Source: an uncultured virus (IMG/VR IMGVR_UViG_3300036791_001015)
Lineage: Duplodnaviria > Heunggongvirae > Uroviricota > Caudoviricetes
Length of the DNA: 64,000 nt
Direction: 5' to 3' (one strand)
IMG/VR virus record: IMGVR_UViG_3300036791_001015
Shown: in pieces, positions 11,312 to 21,064 of the stretch
How positions within the stretch are numbered: position 1 is the first letter of the stretch
How the letters are laid out: each line of letters opens with the position of its first letter
Program-made: the position numbers and the translations under genes
The notes under the pieces: model-generated
The model's database searches: none
Seen by the model: only the letters and a program-made list of their open reading frames with translations
Told to the model about the DNA's origin: nothing

Positions 11312-11869
11312 CTAGGCGCTGGGGCGGTGCGCGGGCGGCGTCACCTGTGGCCGCACCGCAGGCTGGATTGCGGGGGCGTTGACCGGCGGCTCGATCTTGG
11401 ACTGCATCCCGCCAGAGGCGATGTATTGTGGTGTCTGCGCGGTCAGCGCCTTGGACAGCACTACCGCCGGATCGGGATGCGGATCGGAGAACACCGCCCC
11501 CTTGTCGGCGGCGGCCTGCGCCTTCTCGTTCCATGCCTCGACCGCCGCCTTCTGCGCCTCGGCCTTGGCCTGCGCCTGCTCCTGCTGGAGCTTGTCCAGA
11601 TCGGACGGCGTCGCCTCGCCATTGGCGATCTTGCGCACCATATCGGCCTGCGCCTGAAGGGCCGCTGCGGCAGCGCTGTCCTGCGGGATAAGGCCGCGCA
11701 CGATCGGATTGGTCAGCACACGCGGATCGGTGTTGTCGCTGGTGTACCAGCCCGGTTCCATCTGGACCGCCCCGCCCTCGGGGCTGTCCTCGGTGATCCC
11801 CAACTGGACGATCAGACGCTGCGGCAGATAAAACGCCCCGCCGCTGGGGTGGGCTTGTGTTTGGGCCAT
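11312..11869 (-). CDS. Hypothetical protein downstream of the capsid gene
   Basis: 185 aa ORF with AGGGAG RBS. Confidence 0.6.
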   Translation of the reverse strand: MAQTQAHPSGGAFYLPQRLIVQLGITEDSPEGGAVQMEPGWYTSDNTDPRVLTNPIVRGLIPQDSAAAAALQAQADMVRKIANGEATPSDLDKLQQEQAQAKAEAQKAAVEAWNEKAQAAADKGAVFSDPHPDPAVVLSKALTAQTPQYIASGGMQSKIEPPVNAPAIQPAVRPQVTPPAHRPSA

Positions 11870-11893
11870 GATGTTGGCTCCCTTTCTGCTAAG

Positions 11894-12211
11894 TTGGAGT
11901 TAAAAGATCGGTCTACGTCGTTTCACAAAACCGACCCGACCGTATCGCCAGCCTGCAATGTTTCTATCAAAGAAACATGGCAGTCTCCCGAACTACGGGA
12001 ACAGCAGGCCGCCGCCGGTCAGCGCAAGATGGCGGCAAAGCGCGAGACCGATCCGGAGGCTTTCCAAAAACATATGAACGCGTTCACTCAAGCGTTACAG
12101 AACCGCCGTGCGCTTCTTGATGTGATAGCCGACCTCGCCCATGACATCCGGAGACGCGAATTTCTGCGATACCGGGTCATCGACGATGTGCGGAGAGGCT
12201 ACGCCATCTAA
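11894..12211 (+). other. Possible antisense ORF or mobile-endonuclease remnant overlapping the capsid 3' end
   Basis: Open frame containing SIKETWQSPELREQQAAAG (NUMOD3-like helix); no clear RBS. Confidence 0.35.
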
Positions 12212-13252
12212 ATAAGCGAACGTGCTTGGATAGATGAATTCATCCTGCCCTAGGCGGCAATAATAAGTAGTTACATGATAGATGCCGACGTACTGGATCG
12301 GCGTCTTTTGCAGCGGCGTCATCGGGTAGCGGATGCGGATCGGGTCCTTGGAATAGGCCAAGGCGCGATCGACCGTGCCGAGAACGCCCGGCGTGCCGCC
12401 CGTGCCCATCCCGATATTCCACTTGCAGGGATAGATTTCGAGCGATCCGCCGCGCTGTGCCGCCAGATTGTTCTCTTCCAAGAACTTCAGGATCGACATA
12501 TTGCCAGCGGTGCTGACCACCTGTGAGACAAGAATACCGTACTGCGCAGGCGGGATCAGCAGGCGGTCAGGGATGACACTGTAGCCCGATGCCGCCCACG
12601 TGTTGTTGAGCAGCGTGTTGACATCGGCCAGCATCTCGGCAGGCGTTTTGGTGGACCATTTAGTCCCAGAGGCCGCACCCACCGCCGCTGTCGTCGCGGT
12701 CACGCCCGCATTGTTGAGCATCCCGGTAAACTGGGTGCCCATCGTCGCCACATCGCCCATATAGACAACTTGGTCGATATCCATCTGATGTTTCAAGTTG
12801 AGGAACTCGAATTTCTGCTGGTCGATCGGGCGGCCCACCTTAACCGCGCTCTCAAGCTCGGGGATGGAATATTTCAGTTCCATCTCCCACAGCGGCAAGG
12901 GCTGGCTGGTCTTGGCGATATCGAGGCTGATGCCCGCAATCGCGGTCGTGACCTTGCCGCCCCAGTTGATGCCCGCAGGCACGATGCCGCCGGAAGCCGC
13001 CGCCGTCGAATTGGTAAACGACGCGCTTTCGTCGGCGATCGTCACATCCTCGCGCAGATCGATATCGCGGCTCCACGTCACCGCCGCCAGCGGCATGTGC
13101 AGTGTTGGATCGAGACGCTCCAATTCGTTGACCAAGAAGGCACCGGCACTGTCAACGGTGCGCACGCCACCGGTCGCTTTGTCCTCGTAGCTGTAAGCGC
13201 GGTCGAGCGTCGGCCAGCCGCCGTTCATTCCGCGTGAGAGTTCGTGTAGCAA
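12095..13252 (-). CDS. Major capsid protein (DUF2184-like)
   Basis: AFLVNELERLDP, YSIPELESA..GRPID and PDRLLIPPAQY motifs; TTG start after AGGAGG. Confidence 0.88.
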   Translation of the reverse strand: MLHELSRGMNGGWPTLDRAYSYEDKATGGVRTVDSAGAFLVNELERLDPTLHMPLAAVTWSRDIDLREDVTIADESASFTNSTAAASGGIVPAGINWGGKVTTAIAGISLDIAKTSQPLPLWEMELKYSIPELESAVKVGRPIDQQKFEFLNLKHQMDIDQVVYMGDVATMGTQFTGMLNNAGVTATTAAVGAASGTKWSTKTPAEMLADVNTLLNNTWAASGYSVIPDRLLIPPAQYGILVSQVVSTAGNMSILKFLEENNLAAQRGGSLEIYPCKWNIGMGTGGTPGVLGTVDRALAYSKDPIRIRYPMTPLQKTPIQYVGIYHVTTYYCRLGQDEFIYPSTFAYLDGVASPHIVDDPVSQKFASPDVMGEVGYHIKKRTAVL

Positions 13253-13337
13253 TTTCCCCTCCTATAAACCAAAGGGCTTGGTTGGACGCGGCGGACGCCG
13301 TGCCCGGTTGAAGAAAGGGACCGGTCGCAGGGCAGGC

Positions 13338-13859
13338 TTAGATATTGAACTGGATTTCCGTGTTGCCTTGGGCGTCGGCAGGCCCAACAAAGAAGGCACC
13401 GGGCAGCGCCAGGAGATTTGTCCCTGCCGCCGCTTCAATCCCGGCCAAAACGTGGTTGCCTGCGGTGGCACCAACAAAAACATACACCTGTCCGCCCTTG
13501 ACCGCCGCCGCCGCGCCGTTGAGCTTCATGTTGATGTAGCCCCTAAACAGCATATCGACCGCGCCCTTATTCATCGGTACACCGGCACCAAAGCCGACGA
13601 CGCCAGGATTGGCGACGGTATTGTCGGTCGAGACAAAGGGGCGCACCGAGATACCGATCGGCGTGGTCGGCAGCGCCACATCGCTTGTCAGCAACGGGCG
13701 GCCACCGTTGGTATCGATAGTGCCGACCTGCCCATAGGCGGTAAACGGCGTCGAGGCGTTCTGCTGTTGCGCCGCGATCGTCGTGCCGACCGTCTGGAAC
13801 CGGGTCACCTCACCCGGAATGCCAGCGGGCATGCGATACATGAATACGCTGTCAGGCAT
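13338..13859 (-). CDS. Head decoration / cement protein
   Basis: YRMPAGIPGEVTR start; lies between scaffold and capsid genes. Confidence 0.75.
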   Translation of the reverse strand: MPDSVFMYRMPAGIPGEVTRFQTVGTTIAAQQQNASTPFTAYGQVGTIDTNGGRPLLTSDVALPTTPIGISVRPFVSTDNTVANPGVVGFGAGVPMNKGAVDMLFRGYINMKLNGAAAAVKGGQVYVFVGATAGNHVLAGIEAAAGTNLLALPGAFFVGPADAQGNTEIQFNI

Positions 13860-13972
13860 TGCCTTTCTCCTCAAAAAGGACGATATAACCCAGATGTCCG
13901 GTGGTCGCGGTCTTTGGTCGATTGCCGAAAGGTCTAGATGGATATGCCAAAACCACCGGACGCCTTAACCCT

Positions 13973-14977
13973 TTAGTGCCGCGTCGAGCCGTTGGTCCGC
14001 TGGTTGCCCCAGAATTCCTTGGCCTGCTGGTTCATCTTGGCGATCGACGGCGGGCCTACGGGGCGCTGGCCCATATCGCGCGTCGGCGTCGCCGCCGCCG
14101 TGCGCACCACGCGGCGGTTGTTCTGACCAGCCATTGCGCTGGCGACCGCATTAAACGCCATCTTGACGCTGTCGCAGCCCAGCGGCTTGATCCCGTCAAA
14201 GGTCTGGATACCGACCGTATCCTGAATAATCGCGGCGGTCTCGGCGTCCTTGAAGGCCTTTTCCATCACCAAGCGGCGATATTTGCAGAGGCGCTCCGCC
14301 GTCGATTTCATCGGCAGGCGGGCATCAAAGGTCGGGATACGCGTGCCCGGCGCGATGATCTCGGCGCTGGCGACCAGATCGGACCACAAATCCTCCTGAT
14401 CCATGCTGTCGCGCGTGCGGACGACCGCTGCACGGCGGCGGCGGCTGTCGCTGGTGCTGCCACCCTGCGGCAGGTCCTCCAGACCGGGCAGATCGGTCTC
14501 GCCGACCATCTCCTCGCCAAGACGCTCGGGCACCGGAATTTCCGATCCCTCGTCGCCCGTGCGCAGCGCGCCACGGCGGCGCATCTTAAAGCGGCGGGCA
14601 TCCTGGGTGTCGGGGTCTTGCAGTTCGACATCCTCCTCGTCGCTATCGCCGCTCATCAGCGCCTGGACCTGCTCCTCCAGCGCCGCGATGCGGGCCGCCA
14701 GTTGCGCCAGATCGCCGCCGCCTGCCGGATCACCGACAGCAGGCGGCCCGCCATTGCCGTTGCCGTTCATCGGCGGCGGCCCTGCATCCGCTCCCGGTTC
14801 CATATCGCCCTTCCCGTTCATGTGGAGATGGATATGTGTGTCCTGATCGCCCCCGCCGCCGCCAGCAACTTCCTGGCCGGTATTGGGATCGATGTAGTCG
14901 TGCGTCACCGCCACCGCCTCGTCGGTGGTTTTCGCGTCGCGAACTCGGCGCACCATGCGGTCGAGCCAGTTTGCCAT
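13973..14977 (-). CDS. Scaffolding protein
   Basis: Low-complexity plus coiled coil; AEIIAPG..PTFD and MNQQAKEFW motifs. Confidence 0.7.
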   Translation of the reverse strand: MANWLDRMVRRVRDAKTTDEAVAVTHDYIDPNTGQEVAGGGGGDQDTHIHLHMNGKGDMEPGADAGPPPMNGNGNGGPPAVGDPAGGGDLAQLAARIAALEEQVQALMSGDSDEEDVELQDPDTQDARRFKMRRRGALRTGDEGSEIPVPERLGEEMVGETDLPGLEDLPQGGSTSDSRRRRAAVVRTRDSMDQEDLWSDLVASAEIIAPGTRIPTFDARLPMKSTAERLCKYRRLVMEKAFKDAETAAIIQDTVGIQTFDGIKPLGCDSVKMAFNAVASAMAGQNNRRVVRTAAATPTRDMGQRPVGPPSIAKMNQQAKEFWGNQRTNGSTRH

Positions 14978-14991
14978 CGTCTGATCCTCCT

Positions 14992-15855
14992 TTAGAAATG
15001 CAGATGAATACGGCGACCGGTGCGTGATCCCTTCACCAAGGCGCGGTCCTTGGTGTCCTCTGGCGGCTTTATCAGCCGCTGACGGGCGGCTTCTGCCAAG
15101 CCGCGCAAATCCCCGTCTTCATCCTCATCCTCGATATCAACCTGCCGGTATTTATCGCGTCGTTCCTGCTCACGGTAGAGTTCCTGAACGATATTCTCCT
15201 GCGCCCCCTCGGCAAGCTCGCGCAAATCCTCATCGAGCGGCAGCGGAGCCTCGTCATGGGTACACTGAGCGCAACCGCAATCCTCTTCGTGGCGCGGGAA
15301 GAACGCCTTGTCGCCAATCCGGCAGACCGGTCCGCAGCGCCCGTCGCGCACCAGAGCTAAGTGATTGCAAATAATGTTTCTTTGCCTGCCGTGCGCGGTC
15401 CCGGTCTCTTCATAGTCCGCTTTATATCCGACCGATACTTCACGGACTTCCTTGTCGCGGATCGCCTTGATCGCGGCGGCGTCGTAGATGATCAGATCAC
15501 CCAGCAGCAGGTTGTCAAAGACACGCTCGCCCTGCCGTGGATTGATCACCGCACCGACCAAGAGCGCCTTGTAGTTCTCGGGCGTCACATCATCGTCGGG
15601 ATGATCGAGGGTCACCGCTTTGCCTTGCAGGCTCGCCAGCGTCTGCGGGCGGAACACATCCTCGGGCATGCGCTCGATGATAATCCTGCCGCTCGCATCA
15701 CCGGAGATCGGTATCTCCTGATCCGAATAAAGCTGCGGGCCGGTCCTGGCCAGCGGCACGCCGCGCACGATCAAAAAGCCCTCGGGCGTCAGCGACTGCA
15801 TCGGCCCCAGCCGCTCGACCGTCAAAAAATCGGTATCGCGAAAGGTCAGGCGCAT
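14992..15855 (-). CDS. Prohead protease (DUF2213-like)
   Basis: TPEGFL...ARTG, VTLDHP, EVSVGY and NHLALVRDGRCG motifs. Confidence 0.85.
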   Translation of the reverse strand: MRLTFRDTDFLTVERLGPMQSLTPEGFLIVRGVPLARTGPQLYSDQEIPISGDASGRIIIERMPEDVFRPQTLASLQGKAVTLDHPDDDVTPENYKALLVGAVINPRQGERVFDNLLLGDLIIYDAAAIKAIRDKEVREVSVGYKADYEETGTAHGRQRNIICNHLALVRDGRCGPVCRIGDKAFFPRHEEDCGCAQCTHDEAPLPLDEDLRELAEGAQENIVQELYREQERRDKYRQVDIEDEDEDGDLRGLAEAARQRLIKPPEDTKDRALVKGSRTGRRIHLHF

Positions 15856-15856
15856 C

Positions 15857-16153
15857 TTAGTGCGACAGCCACGCCGTCCCGTTGCACAGCACCATCGTCA
15901 CCACAGCCCCACCGCCGGTCAGCGCGCCGTTATAGGTCGGGGCCGTCGCATCGCTGACCATGCGCATCTGGCCTGACGCCGCCGCGTTGCAGGCTGGCAG
16001 ATTGGCGATGGTCGAGGACGGCGGCAATTCGATCCCGCCCGACATCGTCATCAGCGTCTTGCAAAAATAGCCCTGGCCTGGCACCTCGGCGCATTGCGCA
16101 AAGGCGAGCGAGGGAAACAAAATCGCCGCCGTGAAAAAAAAGATTTTGATCAT
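15857..16153 (-). CDS. Small exported protein with signal peptide
   Basis: MIKIFFFTAAILFPSLAFA signal; GGAGG RBS. Confidence 0.6.
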   Translation of the reverse strand: MIKIFFFTAAILFPSLAFAQCAEVPGQGYFCKTLMTMSGGIELPPSSTIANLPACNAAASGQMRMVSDATAPTYNGALTGGGAVVTMVLCNGTAWLSH

Positions 16154-16163
16154 GTGTGCCTCC

Positions 16164-16352
16164 TCAGAGCGGTGCGCGCCATTTCTCAGCCGCCGTCTTC
16201 GGGTCATCGTCCAGATCGGCACGCGGTTTGAAATTCTGCAAGCAGTGCAGTGCCTTGTGGTGCAACCTGCCATTGACTGCCTCGGCCAAGCCCGCCATCT
16301 CGCAGAGCTTGGTGATCTGGGCCAGTTCCTCAGGCGTCAGGTCGATATTCAT
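16164..16352 (-). CDS. Hypothetical protein
   Basis: 62 aa ORF with GAGG RBS. Confidence 0.5.
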   Translation of the reverse strand: MNIDLTPEELAQITKLCEMAGLAEAVNGRLHHKALHCLQNFKPRADLDDDPKTAAEKWRAPL

Positions 16353-16506
16353 TCGCGTCCTCTCGTCGGGGCGTCAGCCACGCACTGTCGCCATTGTCAA
16401 AGAGCACCCGCAAAAGCTCGGCCTCCTCGGGGCTGGTCGGCGTCAGATCGGCCTTGAGATAGGCGACGCTGGCGGGCTTGCCGTCGATCGTCTCACGCTT
16501 GATCAT
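16330..16506 (-). CDS. Small protein coupled to the effector polyprotein, 58 aa
   Basis: Hand translation MIKRETIDGKPASVAYLKADLTP...; ATGA overlap with the 16503 stop. Confidence 0.55.
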   Translation of the reverse strand: MIKRETIDGKPASVAYLKADLTPTSPEEAELLRVLFDNGDSAWLTPRREDANEYRPDA

Positions 16507-18686
16507 GCGCTGTGCTCGCGATCGTCCGCGCTCGCCGAATAGTGCTTGTTGACCAGTTCATAAAGCGGCTTCCACGATGTGCTCTCCTTGAACCATAAGA
16601 GCCGGTCGAGCGAGCCTTCGAGATCGAGCTTGGCCATCTCGGCCAGCGTTTCGTGCGTCGCCTGATCACCGTTGGCTTTCTTATCGTGGAACGCCTGCCA
16701 CCACTCGCGGCTGTAATCGGTGATCCCGTCGTCGTCCATCAGCTTTTGCCACTGGCCCGACTGGGACATCGTTGCTTCCCAGTCGGCGACCAGTGGGTAT
16801 TCTTTTTTTGCCTTCTCGGTCATGTAACCGGCCCCGGTCATCAACCGGTCCTCCTGCGGCAGGTTCCAGTCCTCGTTCTTGCTGGCCTCGATCCACTTCA
16901 TGTATTCGGTATTGCGCCGCTGGCGGATATTCTCGAATTTCACATGCATCATTTCGTGCGCCAGTGTCCCTGCGGCGTTCATTCCTGGCCGATCCACCCC
17001 AAACATCTCGATCCGCCCGCTGTGGTGGTAGGCAAAGCCACCGACATTAAAGCTGCGGTCACCGACCTTGGCGGTCGGATGCTCGTCGGAATAGTAGACG
17101 CGCTTGGGATCGACGCCCATCGCCTGCCCCACGGTCTCGGCCATCTTCTGCTGCACCGCGCGCGTGACCGGCTCCATTTCCCGGTTGTACGCCTCGATCT
17201 GCTCGGGATAGTCCTCGCCAGCAGGATCGGTCTTCTGCGCCGCCTCCATTCGCACCCGGCGATAATCGCTAAAGAGCCGCTCCAGGCTCTCGCGTGTATT
17301 CTTCTGCGGATCGAGACCACCCTCGCGGGGCTTTGGCTCCCGCTCTTCTTTGCGCTCGGCGTGCTCGCGATATTCCGGTCTCTCCTTGAGGATCGTCTCC
17401 CACATATCGCCGTCGCCGCTGACCGCCCTGCCCTCTTTGGGGACGAACTGCCAGATACCGGTCGCCTTCTGATTGGCGTCACGGCTAAAGCGCAGGATAT
17501 CGCCGGTCTTGGCGTTCTCGTAGCGCACGCCCTCGTCGGTGATCCCCTTGTAGCGAAAATCATAATCGCCCAAGGCTTGGTGCAGCCGCATCGGGATGCC
17601 CTTGGGCACCCGCCCCAGCGGCGTCTCGTAGCGCCGCTCGCTCGGGGCGGACGCCCGTGTGCTCGGCTCCGCCTTGGGTGGCTCCGTGCCACTGCCGCCG
17701 CCCTTGCTAAACTGGCCTGGGTTCGCCGGGTTGCCACCGCGTGTGTGTTCGTCTTCCTTCCATTCCGCGTCGCGTGAGCGCCGCCGAAAATGGATGATCT
17801 GGCGCGCCGCATCGTAGACCACGCGGTCCTGCGTCTGATCGATCCGGCTCCACCGCAGTGTCGCGCTCGGGGCCGCGCCGCTGCCCATCGCATATCCGCC
17901 GTCGCGGTTCTCGCGCAGCGAATAATTGCCCGGTTCAAAGGTGATCGGATCGCCGCGCCAGATACCGGCCAGTTCCTTCTTATCGATCGCGCGCGACACA
18001 CCCACCTCATGCTCGCCCGTGCCCTCGACCTTTTTGGTCTCCTGAGGCCGCTTGGTCGCGACGATATAGGCCGGATGCGAGAAGGTCGGCTTCATATCCA
18101 TCGGGGCAAAGCCGTTGGCGTAGCTGTCGGCGGCGCTGGGACGGCTGGTCCAGTAGGTCAGCCCCTCCTGCTCCGTGCCGATGTTGTGCGTGCCCTTGGA
18201 TTTGACCTGCCCCGATTTCTGGATGGCGTCGTATTCTTCCTTGGAGATGCCGCGATAGATCATGTCGGGATCATCGAGGCCCTGGAATTCGGTCTCCACA
18301 CCCGCCTTGGGCACCGCGATCTTTTTGGCGATAACCGGCTCGTCCTCGTTGATCGTCTTTAGTTCTGCGTAGCGCGGATCGTAATAAGCGGTCTTATCGG
18401 GCTGGTCCTCACGCCCCGCGTGAAACGGCTTGGCGTTGGGATGATCGTGTGGATGAAATTCGATCTCCGGTCCATAGCGCGACTTTGTAATCTGCGGCTT
18501 TAATGCGCCGCGATCGATAATCGAGCGTAAGGTGCGGTCCTCGATCTTGCTGATAATCGGATCGGCTTCCGGCTGCTTGCCGCCGCCGCCTTCGCCAAAC
18601 CGCCCGCCTTCGCCGCGCGGATGCTCCTCTTCCTTCCATTCGGCGTCGCGGACGCGAATGCGGCGGTGGACATGGACGTGGATCAT
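16503..18686 (-). CDS. Modular head-associated polyprotein A (ART-like module plus zincin-like module)
   Basis: Two RD-AEWKE.EH.RG..G.F..GGG headers; IYRG...YWTS motif; AHEMMH plus HETLAE. Confidence 0.7.
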   Translation of the reverse strand: MIHVHVHRRIRVRDAEWKEEEHPRGEGGRFGEGGGGKQPEADPIISKIEDRTLRSIIDRGALKPQITKSRYGPEIEFHPHDHPNAKPFHAGREDQPDKTAYYDPRYAELKTINEDEPVIAKKIAVPKAGVETEFQGLDDPDMIYRGISKEEYDAIQKSGQVKSKGTHNIGTEQEGLTYWTSRPSAADSYANGFAPMDMKPTFSHPAYIVATKRPQETKKVEGTGEHEVGVSRAIDKKELAGIWRGDPITFEPGNYSLRENRDGGYAMGSGAAPSATLRWSRIDQTQDRVVYDAARQIIHFRRRSRDAEWKEDEHTRGGNPANPGQFSKGGGSGTEPPKAEPSTRASAPSERRYETPLGRVPKGIPMRLHQALGDYDFRYKGITDEGVRYENAKTGDILRFSRDANQKATGIWQFVPKEGRAVSGDGDMWETILKERPEYREHAERKEEREPKPREGGLDPQKNTRESLERLFSDYRRVRMEAAQKTDPAGEDYPEQIEAYNREMEPVTRAVQQKMAETVGQAMGVDPKRVYYSDEHPTAKVGDRSFNVGGFAYHHSGRIEMFGVDRPGMNAAGTLAHEMMHVKFENIRQRRNTEYMKWIEASKNEDWNLPQEDRLMTGAGYMTEKAKKEYPLVADWEATMSQSGQWQKLMDDDGITDYSREWWQAFHDKKANGDQATHETLAEMAKLDLEGSLDRLLWFKESTSWKPLYELVNKHYSASADDREHSA

Positions 18687-19105
18687 CCTCGCAGCGCAAC
18701 CTGAACTTCGTTTGACGGCGGAGCCTCGGCTGAGCCAGCACTGTTGGACGCGGTGACGATACAGGTGATCCGGTGCCCGACATCGGTCGCGGCCACGACA
18801 TAGCTATCACCCTCGCCCAGCGCCATCGTGTCGTCGCTGCGCCACTGATAGGCGTAGTCGGTCGGCGTGCCGGCCCAGTTTCCCATCGTGCAGGTCAGCG
18901 TCTCGCCGACAATCCCTTCGCCCATGACAAGAGGCACATCGACATTGACCGGCATGGTGGCGACAAAGGGGCGCTTGAAAAAGAGATAGCCGTTATCGAC
19001 CGTCACCAGTTCCCAGCCCTGCGCGCCATAATCGTTCATCAGTTGGATGAATTCTTCGTCGTGGGCCGATTTTGATCCGATATAGAAATTCATGTATTCC
19101 CACAT
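18683..19105 (-). CDS. DUF4177-like domain fused to an Ig-like domain
   Basis: WEY...GAQGWELV...FKRP, then VGETLTCTMGNW...YAYQW. Confidence 0.65.
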   Translation of the reverse strand: MWEYMNFYIGSKSAHDEEFIQLMNDYGAQGWELVTVDNGYLFFKRPFVATMPVNVDVPLVMGEGIVGETLTCTMGNWAGTPTDYAYQWRSDDTMALGEGDSYVVAATDVGHRITCIVTASNSAGSAEAPPSNEVQVALRG

Positions 19106-19115
19106 CGCCCTCTCC

Positions 19116-19283
19116 TCACGCCACCACGGGATTTTTCTTGGGCCGCTTGAAATAAAGATTTCCGAGAGCGTCCACAGCGACCAGTTCCCAGCCTTGCTCG
19201 CCCAGCGCCTGCAACCGCAGGCGAAAATCCGTGGTGCGCACCGCCCACGCATTGGCAGGCCACTCGATCAGATATTCCCACAT
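19116..19283 (-). CDS. DUF4177-like small protein, 55 aa
   Basis: Hand translation MWEYLIEW...LGEQGWELVAV...YFKRP. Confidence 0.65.
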   Translation of the reverse strand: MWEYLIEWPANAWAVRTTDFRLRLQALGEQGWELVAVDALGNLYFKRPKKNPVVA

Positions 19284-19435
19284 CAGAGCCGCCCGACCAG
19301 CAACAGCACAACGACGATGATCAGAATGATCCCCAGCACGCCCGATGGCCCGTAGCCGTAGGGAGCCATGTAGGGCCAGCGCGGGAACGCCCCGACCAGC
19401 AGCAGGATTAGAATGATGAGCAGGATTAATCCCAT
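19283..19435 (-). CDS. DUF3309-like small membrane protein, 50 aa
   Basis: Hand translation MGLILLIILILLLVGAFPRWPYMAPYGYGPSGVLGIILIIVVVLLLVGRL. Confidence 0.8.
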   Translation of the reverse strand: MGLILLIILILLLVGAFPRWPYMAPYGYGPSGVLGIILIIVVVLLLVGRL

Positions 19436-19470
19436 TGTGTGTTATACACTACAGATGGAGGTGCTACGGG

Positions 19471-20061
19471 ATGGACGATCTAACAGGACGGCAATTCGGT
19501 CAGTGGACCGTGCTCAGCTTCGCTGGCTACAAGGATTTTCCCTCTTCACCACGGCATCCACTTTGGCTCTGCCGCTGCACATGCGGCACAGAACGGCCAG
19601 TGCTGGGTCACAATCTCCAAAGCGGTAGAAGCTGGCGCTGCGGGCGATCTCACGGAGCAGCCGCCGCCAGGACGCCCGAATACCAAGCTTGGCGCTCAAT
19701 GAAGCAACGCTGCTACAATCCCGATAATCACAATTATCGCCTTTATGGCGGGCGAGGCATCAGCGTCTGCCAACACTGGATGGATGATTTCACTGCCTTT
19801 TTCGCTGATATGGGGCAACGCCCAAGCGAGCGACATTCCCTAGAGCGAAAGAACAACAACGGCAATTACACACCAGAGAATTGCGTTTGGGCGCTACCAC
19901 ACGAACAAGCAGCAAACCGGCGTCGCAGTATATTGATCAACGGCATTCCGCTTGAGGTGGTAGCCAAACAGCACAACATTGCAGCTAACACCGTGCGAAA
20001 GAGACTTTCTTACGGCTGGACGCTTGAAGAGGCGATATCAAAGCCTGTGCGTGCTAAGTAA
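19471..20061 (+). CDS. HNH homing endonuclease, antisense to the operon
   Basis: DLTGRQFG, WLCRCTCG, YGGRGISVC and SLERKNNNGNYTPENCVWA motifs; GGAGG RBS. Confidence 0.88.
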   Translation: MDDLTGRQFGQWTVLSFAGYKDFPSSPRHPLWLCRCTCGTERPVLGHNLQSGRSWRCGRSHGAAAARTPEYQAWRSMKQRCYNPDNHNYRLYGGRGISVCQHWMDDFTAFFADMGQRPSERHSLERKNNNGNYTPENCVWALPHEQAANRRRSILINGIPLEVVAKQHNIAANTVRKRLSYGWTLEEAISKPVRAK

Positions 20062-20875
20062 TAATATCTGGCAAAATGGGTTCTGCGAAGCACCTGCAAT
20101 TTGGGAAGTTACCCGGCAAATGTCTCTCTCCATTCTCTTCAGCAATCGGCGGATCATCCCAACGATGCACTGTCCCATTCAATAATTTGTGCATCCGCCG
20201 CACATCCTTGTCGCGAACTGATCTCCACACAAAATGAGTGGAGCCGATAAATTCGGCGCGCGATTGCGTGACCGCGCTCGATGTCTTTGCGGTCTCGGTG
20301 CGGGCGATCAGCGTGGCCCGGTTATAGGTCACATTCGAGCGTTCCAGCACAAACCGGCGAAGCTCGTCGTATCTGATCCCGCCGGCCCAATACTCGCGGG
20401 ATTTGGCTTGAACGTCTCTGCCTGCGTCGATCGGGATCGAGGTGATCAACTGCACCTGATCATCAACCAGCCGCCGCATCACCTCGCCAAGAGGCCCCGG
20501 TCCCAGCATCTCGCGGCGTAGCTCGACACCGATCATCGCGGCATGACGGAACCACGCGGTCTCGTCCCTGCGCAGCACCTCGGCGATCATTCTTGCTGCC
20601 GCTGCTTGCGCCCACGGGCGCAGGATCGAGGCGTACTGATCAAGCAGCGATTGCAGCGCCGCCAGCGCCGCCGGATCACCCACCGGGTAGGCGTTGATGA
20701 TCTCGCCCACCTGTCGGGCAATCCGTCTTAGCTGGGCCTGATAAACCGCTGACGCACGCTGCACACGGGCGAAATGCTCGGCTTCGCGACGGGCTTGGCG
20801 GCGTGTCTGGCGGATATCCGAGAACGAGAGGCTATCGCTGATCGTCTTGGCGAAGGCCGCTGGGTCTCGGTACAT
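20054..20875 (-). CDS. Head morphogenesis protein (MuF / SPP1 gp7-like)
   Basis: LIARTETAK, W.SVRDKDVRRMH and PGNFPNCRC motifs. Confidence 0.88.
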   Translation of the reverse strand: MYRDPAAFAKTISDSLSFSDIRQTRRQARREAEHFARVQRASAVYQAQLRRIARQVGEIINAYPVGDPAALAALQSLLDQYASILRPWAQAAAARMIAEVLRRDETAWFRHAAMIGVELRREMLGPGPLGEVMRRLVDDQVQLITSIPIDAGRDVQAKSREYWAGGIRYDELRRFVLERSNVTYNRATLIARTETAKTSSAVTQSRAEFIGSTHFVWRSVRDKDVRRMHKLLNGTVHRWDDPPIAEENGERHLPGNFPNCRCFAEPILPDIIT

Positions 20876-20881
20876 GGTCTA

Positions 20882-21064
20882 TTAGCTCCCCCACGGGAAT
20901 TTCCACGGCGATGGCGATTTAACCACTACCTGCCACCGATCGCGCAGATAAACGACATTGTAGAGGATGCCGGTCTTGATCTCGATCTGCCGCGCGGTGA
21001 TCGGCGGCGGCACGTCATTGAGAAACGGCGGGCCGTGCTTGAGATCGATATTCTCGATAATCAT
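20882..21064 (-). CDS. Hypothetical protein
   Basis: 60 aa coupled ORF. Confidence 0.45.
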   Translation of the reverse strand: MIIENIDLKHGPPFLNDVPPPITARQIEIKTGILYNVVYLRDRWQVVVKSPSPWKFPWGS

